In this document: positions 53,861 to 64,000 of the stretch, in pieces
Numbering within the stretch: position 1 is the first letter of the stretch
Layout: each line of letters starts with the position of its first letter
NCBI RefSeq assembly: GCF_036321535.1
Contig: NC_087437.1
Location: 25,546,001-25,610,000, forward strand
Direction: 5' to 3'
From: Camelus dromedarius
Taxonomy: Eukaryota
Length of the DNA: 64,000 bases
Notes under the pieces: model-generated
Seen by the model: only the letters and a program-made list of their open reading frames with translations
The model's database searches: none
Told to the model about the DNA's origin: nothing
Translations under genes and position numbers: made by a program

Positions 53861-54455
53861 AGTTCTCCCAGAGGCTTTTTGCTATTTGCTTTAACATAGG
53901 ACAATGCCTCACAAGGAATGGAACTTCAGAAGTAGAATTCCAACACTTAAATATCAGACAGAGGGGAGAGAACTTTGGAGCAGATGTTTCTAGGACTCCT
54001 AAAATCACACCATAGGTCAATTCTGATAATAGAAAAAGGCAATTAGAGGAAATAACAAGTCACTCCTGGGGTCTGAGAAAGGGGAACAGGGGAAGGTAGG
54101 TTTAATGGTAATTAGGGAAGAGAAATCTAGTTCCATGCAGAAGCAGCTTTAATAAGCCAAACCCAATTCAGTGGCAGTTTGTCCTCGTTAGTTCTTCATA
54201 GTGACAGCTTTCACATGCCCCTAGGATCATGACTCCCAGCTCCTAAAATACTGAAACAGCAAAGTAAAGGACCTGAGGCAGGAAGGATCCAAAGCAGTGC
54301 TTCTCAAACTTTAAAGTGAGGATCCAGTACAGAAGGTCAGAGTTCAGCCAGAGTTCAAAATCAAATCTCCTACTGCCTAAGTATATAAGCCATATGCTCT
54401 CACCCAGGAAGCAATTGCTATACATGTAAAAGTTGTACTAAAATGAAATTTGGGG

Positions 54456-54599
54456 CAAGGGCAGGTATAGCTCATGGTGGAGCACATGCTTAGCATGCAC
54501 GAGGTCCTGGGTTCAAGCTCCAGTACCTCTACTTTAAATAAGTAAATAAGTAAATAAGTAAGTAAGTAAGTAAGTAAATAAATAAATAAATAAATATTT
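54456..54599 (+). mobile_element. tRNA-Ala(AGC)-derived SINE (vic-1-like, camelid) with TAAA/TAAG tail and degenerate TSD
   Basis: ggtatagctca-tggtggagcacatgcttAGCatgcacgaggtcctgggttcaagctccagtacct closely follows tRNA-Ala-AGC (A box ~54468, B box 54510-54521). Flanks aatgaaatttgggg (54442-54455) and actgaagtttgggg (54600-54613) match at 12/14. Confidence 0.88.
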
Positions 54600-56160
54600 A
54601 CTGAAGTTTGGGGAGTTTTTGCTCAAAACTCAAAACCATGTTACTTCTGACATGGTGACTATGAAGTATTGCTTAGGCAATTAGAGAGCAATAATAACAA
54701 AAACTTAAAACACTAAAAGCATCAAACCAGAAAGCACTTCCAAACCAAACCAAGGTTACTATGATTGCCCCCACACTGATTCTAGGGTTTCTCTAATAAT
54801 CCTTTTGAGTCATCAGACATCTCAGAAGTGTCTATGGCTCTGTTCTTGCCATTTAATTTGGTGTTGCTTTGAGGAGCAAGTTGCAATTTCTTGCCTGTTA
54901 AATGACAATGCTCAGACTTCATGCAGATTCTAAGACTCAGTCTACGCAGCAATGCACAATCTTAGGCAGACTGTCTATTTAAAGATAGAGAGAGAAAACC
55001 ATTATATCTCTTTCAGGGTTTTATATTCTCTCAAATGCATATGGACGCACAGCAAGAAAGCAGCAGTACCACATTTCCCTGGTCATTGAATATCCTGCAG
55101 TGTACTTCTTAATTAAAACCAGCTTCACAAATATGATTGCTTAAGTGCCAAAACCTGGCCCGCTTAATGGCCAATCAGAGAACTACATGATCATTAAATC
55201 CATTTGGAACTACTTTTTTTTCCTGAGGTGAATATAGTGAAGATCTAAATATTCTTATTGTTTTCCATCCAGTTTTTTTTTTTTTAGCATCACAACTTCC
55301 ATTTCACTTTTGTCATCAGATTTAACCCTATGTTACAATAGTTTATTACAGTATTTGGGGGTTGTTTTAGCTAGAGTCTGTAGCAATGCAAGGATTAAAG
55401 AATAATTTGAGTGAACAACACATACGGTGTTGCCTAGTAACACAGGCCGATCTGTACAAAGCCATAAATTGCAAAATTTCATAGCAGCATAAAAACTTTT
55501 ACTGGCACTTAAGCATATTTTTCCCTGATTGAAGCAGAATTCATGCAACAATTACAACCACATGAAAAAAGCTGGTAATGATTAGCCTTCAAGAGCTGCT
55601 GTTATTTTCTGACAGTTCCAAAGCTGTTTTTGTTTGTTTCAGGAAAAAAAACATCAAATCCTTTATTGAATAGCCTCACTGACAAGGCAGAATTGAGCCT
55701 ATTAATTAGCCAGCACTAGCATTTTAACCCCAGCTCCCAGTAAAGGATGGAAGAGTTACATAATAATTTCTAATTCTAATTAACCTGTGTCAACCAAAAC
55801 CAGCTTTATGTATACCAATACACACTTTAGAGGGCAGCCCTCCTCTTACATAATATAAAGGTGGAAACACATAACCCCATAATGGCACAAACATGCCTGT
55901 GACTATCATTGAAGAACTTCATGAAGGTGAAAGTTAGAAGCCAGGAAGGTTGTTATCATTAATTCTAACAAATATCTTAAGGAGCTATCTTAAGATATCT
56001 TCAATATTTATAGTTATTAAGTAAAAATTACAAAATAGCTGTTAAATTGTCCAGGGGAAATTATTTTCACAATGAATTCAAGGTAGCTTGTTGAGTAATA
56101 TTCCATCATCAGTCCAAAGAAAGTATAGAAATTTGTGGAAATAATAACTTATCACAACTT

Positions 56161-56166
56161 CACACA

Positions 56167-56198
<32 letters not shown>
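56161..56198. repeat. (CA)n microsatellite
   Basis: Read directly. Confidence 0.95.
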
Positions 56199-56200
<2 letters not shown>

Positions 56201-56769
56201 GAATGAGTGTTTCACTGACTGGATACTGGATGATTTCTTTTTCTCTGAAAGACACATGTTTCTATGAACAGATTCACCATTGTCAAGGGATTCGTACCAC
56301 AGCTCAAGGAAATTGAGGAATAAATGCTTTGATCCTTTCCTAAACTTTTCATTCCTCTAACTCTGGCTTGAATAAAAGATGTTTATAAAAACCTAACAGG
56401 CAGCAGGCAGGCACAAAAGAATGCACAGGAAGGGATGTATGTTCAGGCTTAGTTTTTCCAACAATTTTGTGGCTCAGCTTCCTGGTATACATTTTGATAA
56501 GTCCTAATTTACTATTACTTGAGTCTCATAATGTCACATTTCTGATTTGATTTCTCAGAATCCCCAATCTCAATACAGTTACAGCAAGTTACTTGCTAAG
56601 ATTCAGATGCCAGCAGAGGAAATGGGACAAGATGGCACCAAAAGCAAAGACGGATGTCTAAAAATAAAATAAAATAAGGGAATCCAGCTAATCCAAAGAA
56701 GGAAGGTCCATCCACACACCACAGACGTAACACCTAGAATGTATGAAAATGGCCCAGAAGTATGATAAG

Positions 56770-56895
56770 CCCACTTAGTGACTGTGGGTGGGACCTTGAG
56801 AAAGTTGCTTAATCTTTCTGAATCCCAGTTTCCTCCTTCATAAAATTAGGGAATTGGATTATATGAGCTCTAAAATCCCTAACATCTACTAGATC
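56770..56895 (+). mobile_element. MIR core
   Basis: ccacttagtgactgtg..gaccttgagaaagttgcttaatctttctgaatcccagtttcctccttcataaaat. Confidence 0.8.
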
Positions 56896-59800
56896 CTATA
56901 ACTAAATCCTTCCACTGATCCATAAGAACGTCCCCATGGCTTCCACTCTCCCATTTTACTACAAGCAATAATAAGGAAACCAGCAGTCAGAGCTGAGAAA
57001 CTAGGCATAAGCTACAACAATCAAGGTGTGATATGCTTTCCAAACATACACGTTCACGGTACAAAACAGACCTGTGTAATTACTTAGCAATCTTGGCACG
57101 TAGTGGACACTCAGCAAGAGTTCTTCTCACCCCCGACTGCTGCCCCTCCAGTACACACACAAACCTCCAAACAGGTTTTGTTGTTTGTCCTCCTTTATGG
57201 AGTGAGGCTTCAGTGATGATGAGTGTCAACTGTGGAAGACTGAAAATAACAAATCTGAAGAACTTACTTAAAAAGTGGCAGTACATTGCCTGGATTACGT
57301 ATAGACTGAATGACAATTTAGTCACTAATTTCTGATTAGATTTTAAGGTTGATCCACTTAGATATTTTGAAAATAAGTTGACATTCATCAAATCAATCTT
57401 AATGATAAGTGAAACATGTCTTCTACACTGTGTTAGAAAGCAACAGAAAAATCAAATTCTTGAATAATCATTAAATGAATTGGATGAATTATGAATATTT
57501 TGTTTCATTAAAACTAATAATTTATTCTGAAAAGAAGCAACAGAACATGGATTCAATACTCTACTGAAGCTAAGAGAAGCATAATGAGAGTAATCAAACC
57601 TCTGAGCATCTTTCTACAACCAACCCAAGAAGAAAACAAATAGATTTATCAAATTACTACTCATTTGTTGCTAGTCAGAATAAAATACAGCATGGAGATT
57701 CCCTGATATGTTTTCTAAAATATATATAATATATAAATAAATACATAAAATATATTATTTGAAATTTCCAAAGACTTCTTAAAGATGAATAATATATAAT
57801 TTTCAATAACTAAGGGAAAGTTCTAAATTATATGGGTTATCATAATCATATATAAATTCTACAGTTTATCAAGTTAATGGGCATTCCTGAAGTGCTTTAG
57901 ACACTGCATTACACAAATATAATGCACTTTTATTACATATCTCTGGCCCAAATAGACCAGTGGTGGAAAATTTTGAAAATTTGTGGGTTTTTTTAATTTA
58001 TTCTATCCCTCAACCTCATAATTTAGGAGTAAAGTCTAATGTAGCCAAAATTGGGGAGTTCGGGTTCTGAACCAAATAAAGGGAAAGTTTCAAATTAATT
58101 TTTTGTCTCATCTATTTGATTTCCAAAGGAATGGAGTACTTATGCTTTTTATTATGTTTAAAAAAGTTTCAACAATTGTTAATGACCTGTTTGGGGCTCT
58201 TCCCATTTACATGAATGATGTTGGACACACAGATTGCCTGATGTTAGAGATCTAAAGGTCTGAAGAGAACCAGCTTTCTTAAAACTAAACTTTAAAGTAA
58301 AAAAACCATTAAAATAATGTACTTCTCTTAGAGGAGTGCACTAGACGTGCTCTACCTGCTAAACAAGGTGCAAAAGACAGGGATATTTTCACCCTTTATT
58401 CTAGGATTTGTAATGGTAGGACCATTCAAAGGTAACAGTAAAGAATGGGAGAAAAATGAAGTATGAATTTTGTTTTATTTTTTCCCTTTTACTTGAAATA
58501 GTGGCTTCCTAAACTCTCATGGCAGACTAAAAAGTAGTTTTCAACTTGGAGACACAGAAAGTAAAATAGGTCAAAGTCCACTGCATCTATTTTCAATTAT
58601 TGAAATGTACAGTCCTCAAGCAGCCAGAGTCAGCCAGAACTGTCTGAGACCTGGGGATCATAATGAAAATATCTTATAGTAAAATGTATTCCCCATAGGT
58701 TTAAATGCAAAATAAGAACCCAACTTTTTATTACTCGTTAAATGAAATGTGCAGTCTTTTTCCCCTTTTAAGGTCAAGTATGCAGTATTTTGGAAAACAA
58801 ACCGTAAAAACATGATTAGAGAGAACAGAGGAAGTCATTATTTTCTCCAGTCATAAAGAATGCAGCATCATTCTATCAATCTAATGTATCTTTGTAACGG
58901 CAATGGCAGCATGTGGCAGTGCTTAAACTGCAAATACAGTATTTAAGGAAAATCTTGGATTAAAAGATCACCAAGATGAGCTGGAAAATATCCACATGGA
59001 TTAGATTATTTTTATAAATTCAATTCTCTTCCCAAAGACCCACTTAACATTATATGCCGCCATATTATCTATCTATGTGGAAATAATATATTCATCAGGC
59101 CAAAATCATAAAATAAACCCAAACGTAAGTAGTTAATGGCTGTTGGCGATACAGTCCATGTTGTGATACCTGGTGTAGAGAACAAAAATATATGTGAACT
59201 CAATGTAGAAAATGTTGAACCTGAATTGATAAACGTATGTAACATCTCTTGGTTTACTTTGCTTTCTCGGAAAGATTTATAATTCAAAAACTGAAGATGG
59301 CAGGATACACCTCAGTGTTACTGTCAGGAGAAACTACACTCAAAAGCTTATCACAAAGACAAACATTTCAGAGCATGTGGCTTCTGCAGAGCACAGCTTC
59401 GCGGCTGAGGCAGTTCCAACACAGTGTCAGTTTTTCAACAACAGCTGCTACACTATCTGTCATGTTTAGGTCAGTTATGCTTTCGATGTACTCCACTACA
59501 GGCAGCTGGATCAACTTGAAACCAGTTTGAAAAATATGTTTAGGAAAGTAATGGAAATGGTCTGTAACATTATAAACACACTATAAAGTATATGAGATCT
59601 TCACTCGTCTAGCTTTATCAAGTCAGGTTATCTAAGAGGGAATTAATATTTAAGCCACCATTCAGGCTCAGGAGTTCATGTTTTTCAGAGCTTAAGTGAT
59701 GGCTTCTATTTCCAATCTGTCTTCTTTCAAATGATGTATGGCTTTTTCTACAGGCCCTGGTTCTCCATAAAATGAAAGAACAAGAAGGAAAATCCTACCC

Positions 59801-60063
59801 ACAGCTTCACTGTCTGAAGTGCATGATTAGCAAAATCGTGCTGACTGACATAGAGCTTCAGACAACTTGGAGATGCTGCAAAACCTACAGGAGAGGACTT
59901 TTTAAACTGTTTGCTTGGTTGGTTGGTTGGTTTGGAGCCCCCCTGTTTTGCTTTTTGGGTTTTTTAGCAACGAGTCATGATGTTGCAACTCTGTCTCATG
60001 TGCTAACATGAATTGGGAAAGTTGCCTCTGTCCAGACCACTTTATTTCTCATCCCAATGGTTT

Positions 60064-60134
60064 GTTAATGTAATGAATGAGATAAACAATCTGTGCAAGA
60101 AATAAAACTGACCTCGCGGATAAGCTAAGGAAAT
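60064..60134 (+). repeat. ~70-bp direct repeat, copy 1
   Basis: Aligns to 61598-61666 with 7 mismatches and a 2-nt gap. Confidence 0.88.
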
Positions 60135-61136
60135 GTCAGGCCCCACTTGTTACAGAAAACTCGGCAGAAACCTACACAGACCCAGAATAACTGAAAGGAA
60201 GCCAAAGGCGCAGGCGCCAAAACAACTGGAGATTTGCCTTCAAGTTTCAGGTTCTTCATTTTTTCTACACATGTCTCACAGTAAGACCCAGGATTTGGCT
60301 AGGCCCTATTAAGTAAGAATGTTAAGCTCATCAGAAAGATCGGCATGAAATAAATTAAGACTTATTTTTTAAAGCAGCCTTTTTTCTTACACCCTTAAGC
60401 TAGATGTTCACCAGACTCAAAGTTGGTGGCCATGATGAAAACCTGAATATTTATATCTTCATTTTTTAAAACAAAATGTTCCTTTCTAGTCGGCATTTTA
60501 TAATTATAAACAATAAGGATTAATTTCTCTTCAAAGCAAATTAAGAAGATAATAGTTCCAGCTGTCCCTTTGAGCCATCCTTGGCTCACAGATCAGTAAT
60601 TTATGTCTGAGAGAAATGAGCAAATGAGCAGACAGGACACCAGCGAAGGTGTTTGGATCCATAAAAATGCATGTATGGAATACACTTTGAGAAAGACTGC
60701 ACACCCACCCGCATCTCCAGCCACGGCTCAGCATCAGCATTTAGCAAAGTAGTCTAGGGCTGCAATATCCACATAAATGAGCTGGTCTTGATAACAATAC
60801 TGTGTGCTGCATGAATCAGTACTTTCATTTTGCATGAGCTCGTATTCCAACATATAAAATCTTGGTAGGTTCAGTAGACAGTTATAATATTATGCATTTT
60901 GCCTAAATATTGTTCTCCTGTGTTCCAAGTGCTACTGGAATCTGATTCCTTGAATTAATTTGTTACTGAGGTTAAATGAAATGCACCTTCAGGAGCCCAG
61001 TTCAATGTGCTGGGTGACTCTAGACATAAAAGAAGCTGAAGGCTGATGAAAAGAAAGATCTAAGGACTTGATCCATTCCTCTCTGTTACCGTCAATGACA
61101 AAGTAAAATTAGATTCACAACTAGAAGTGAATTTAA

Positions 61137-62140
61137 CATTCGTTCAGCAAACATTTTTGAGCACTTGGCACTCTTAAAATTGTTGGATATACAAAACTTA
61201 AATATTTTTTAAAAAAATAACCTCTACAATCATAGAAATTAAATTCTAGAAGAGGAAGATTATAATGAATGGGATAGATATATAAAATAAACAGAATATA
61301 AGTAAAAAAAATAAAATACAGAATGTAAAAGTGGTAAGTGTTTAGGAGAAAAACAAAGCAGGGAAAAGGATAGTGATTGCCAGATTCAGGAAAGGGGGCA
61401 GGAATTCAGTTGAAAATAGGGTAGCATCAAAGAAGACCTCATTGTGATGGTGACCTTGAGCAAAGTCAGCCAGGTGATGAGAAGTCAGTCACAGTAATAT
61501 CTGGGGGAAAAGCATTATAAGCAGAGGGAAAGGCAAACGCAAAGTGGGGAGGATATGCAGATCTTGCAATGATTACACAGGTTATTGTTAAAACTTCGTT
61601 AATGTAATGAACAAGATAAACAGTCTGCGAGAAATAAAACTGACCTCCTGGATAGGCTAAGGAAATCGATTCAGAGACAAGATTTACACTTATCTGGATT
61701 CATTCAAAAACAAAATTTACACTTTTACACAAATATGAAAAATCCCATAGACAGTACATAAGTTTTCAAGTCTCTTCACAGAATACTAGAAATAGCGGTA
61801 AGTTTAGGATGCTCACCAAACTCACTTATTTTTAAGTCAGAGAAGAGCTACTCAGAGAAATTAGATAGTTTCTCAAAGTCACAGCCTTATGTGGTGGCAG
61901 AGTCAGGGCTAGGTCCAGAACACCAGTGCTCCTCACACTGGAATTTTTCCTTACTTGAATTATTCATAGGAAACATTGAGGATTTATTCTAAACTATGGT
62001 AGGAAATCACTGGAACATTTTAGAGAGAAGAGTTCGTGATTTCCTTTACTCTTATAAAGGCTCATTCTGGCTACCATGTGAAGAACAAATGTTGGGGGGA
62101 GGCACAGCTGGACAAGAGAGACCAGTTAGGAAGCTCATAG
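61137..62140 (-). mobile_element. L2 remnant in two pieces (~61137-61550 and ~61965-62140) with a MIR-like insert (~61825-61940)
   Basis: cattcgttcagcaaacatttttgagcac...atatctgggggaaaagcattataagcagagggaa, then ctcattctggctacc...gagaccagttaggaagct. Confidence 0.65.
61598..61666 (+). repeat. ~70-bp direct repeat, copy 2
   Basis: gttaatgtaatgaa..agataaaca.tctg..agaaataaaactgacctc..ggata.gctaaggaaat shared with 60064-60134. Confidence 0.88.
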
Positions 62141-62314
62141 TGTCTTCCACACCTAGAAAAGTATCTGTCAAATAAATGGATGAATGCACCTAAGTCCCTA
62201 ACAAGAGATCAAATACCATTTCCTAAAAATATTGTTTCCTAAAAAGTGCTTGGTGTTTTGTACATGCATTTTGAACAGTCAGAGGTACCAAAGGAATAAT
62301 AAAAATATAGCCCC

Positions 62315-63400
62315 TGGGGATTTCCACTTCTGGGAAGATAGAATAGAGGTACTTTCCCCTATTCCTTCCACTAAGCACAACTAAAACCCTAAACACTGTA
62401 TATACAATAAAAACAAAAAGACTCTGAATGGTGGAAGAAGATGGCAGACTAGCTAGGGACCTCAAGGCCCCAGAACAGACACAATGGTAAGCTCCTGGGT
62501 TTTCTTTCTGCTTCATATATACCAGACTTGGAGTTAAATAATATGACAATGCAGAAACACCAATGGTCACCAACAAAAATAAGCCCCCCAAAGAGCCTGC
62601 TCTCTCTAGCCAAAGGACAGAAAAGGGGAAGCCTAAAAAGACAGAATACTTTTACATAATAACATCTTCACTGTAGACAAATACTGCAGAAAAAAATTGT
62701 GGCCTCACTCCTACTCACACCAGCAAAGGCCAAGTGTGGAGCCTAGGTTTCTACCCTCATGAGGCTGTAATGAGGTGCCCCAATGCCCCTGCAAGGGTGG
62801 ACTCAGAGAGGTCAAGTAGTAAGCTGGGACTTTCATCTCCACTGGCCAGGAAAAAGCTTCTTCCACGATGTCACTGAAGACCACTGAATTCCATCCAGTG
62901 GAATTCTATCCCCTCGCAGCAGAAAGGAGCACCCCTCTTCCTCCCCACTGCAGTAGTATCCGAGGAGGCCTAGTAGAAGGTCAGGAAATCTCACTAGCAA
63001 GGCCACCCCCACCGTGGCCTCAGTTCTGGCTTACGCCAGAACTCCCACCTCTGCCTAGCAGTAAGACAGTGTCTCCCTACTCAGGCATCAAAGGAGGCTG
63101 AATGGCATGAAAAGAGGCTAACTCCATCTGGTAGCAATGACATAGCACAATCCCTTCCCCTGTCACAGTAGCATCAGAGAAAGCTAGATAAAACAGACAG
63201 CTTAAATAAGATCCAAGGTCTCGAAAGTGCAAAATGTCTAGATTCCAATAAAAAATCACTCATCACACAAAGAACAAAAAAAAATTTGAAACTGGATGAA
63301 AAAAAACACAATAGTTGCCAACACTGAGATGACAAAGGTATTAGAATTATCTGACAATGATTTTAAAGCAGTCTTGATAGAAAGTTTCAATGTGTGGTAT
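62315..63400 (+). mobile_element. Old LINE-1 5'UTR and start of ORF1 (L1M-type)
   Basis: ttccacttctgggaagatag...; the ORF1-like start gccaacactgagatgacaaaggtattagaattatctgacaatgattttaaagcag at ~63317-63370. Confidence 0.7.
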
Positions 63401-64000
63401 TCAGAGGGAATGGCCAAGATGATGGAGTAGGAAGAACCTAAGTTCACCTCCTCCCACAGGCATATCAAAATCACAATTATTACAGAGCAACTATCAATGA
63501 GAACAACCTGAAGAATGGCAGAAAAAAAACCTTCTACAACTAAAGATATAATGAAGAAACAATGTGATGGGCAGAGGGGGCAGAGACATGGTAAGGTTAA
63601 GACTCATACTGCCAGGTAGGCAATCTACAAATGGGAGAATAGTTACAATTGTAGAGAATTTCCCAAGAAGCAAGGGGTCCAAGCACCCATATTAGGCTAC
63701 CCAGTCCAGGGGCCCTGCACCAGGGAGATGAGCCCCCAGAATGTCTGGCTTTGTGAAACCCATGGGGCTTACTTTCAGGAGAGCCAAAGGGCCGTGGGAA
63801 ATAGAGACTCCACTCTCAAAAGACATACACGAAATCTCACAAACTCTAGGACCCAGGGAAGAAGCGTTAAGTTGAAAGGAACCTGGATCAGACTCACCTG
63901 CTGATCTTGGAGAGCCTCCCAGAAGGGCAGGAGGCAACTAGGACTCACTATGGGGACACAGACCCAAGCAGCAGGCATTTTGGAAAGCTCATACTATAAA
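63401..64000 (+). mobile_element. Second LINE-1 5'UTR abutting or nested in the older L1; runs off the window
   Basis: caagatgatggagtaggaagaacctaagttcacctcctcccac...gagcccccagaatgtctggctttg..., typical of laurasiatherian L1 5'UTRs as recalled. Confidence 0.7.

Noticed and set aside
54459..54530. Functional tRNA-Ala gene
   Set aside because: The D-loop has a deletion, the stems have mismatches, and an A-rich tail and TSD are present. These indicate a SINE.
59249..59530. Coding-looking stretch or possible pseudogene fragment
   Set aside because: No recognisable homology in the frames I read on either strand, and no clear splice or poly(A) structure.

Overview
Mammalian genomic DNA containing one complete protein-coding gene, AGTR1 (angiotensin II type-1 receptor), on the + strand. 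The source is most likely a camelid: the AGTR1 protein is cetartiodactyl-like, there is a tRNA-Ala-derived vic-1-like SINE, and I recognised no Alu, B1, Bov-tA or PRE-1 elements. The gene has a TATA/GC-box CpG-island promoter and non-coding exon 1 (~4516-4737), an 85-nt non-coding exon 2 (13796-13880), and a terminal exon starting at 45230 that holds the whole 359-aa CDS (45276-46355) and a ~0.9 kb AU-rich 3'UTR. The rest is intron and flank with old L1, L2, MIR, hAT MER and LTR remnants and microsatellites. I see no wholly new multi-gene system. The most interesting layer is the 5' leader: a 10-aa uORF in exon 1; a PEP7-type 7-aa uORF in exon 2 (MAEFLSE) that gains an in-frame upstream ATG (13 aa); and an in-frame stop that blocks an N-terminally extended receptor. 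Other points are 3'UTR changes (miR-155 site, poly(A) signals), a 624-bp purine-only tract with a 204-bp higher-order repeat, two short local duplications and a consensus CTCF site. Comparisons with human, rat and bovine sequences and all repeat-family names are from memory and need confirming by alignment or RepeatMasker. Repeat boundaries are approximate.
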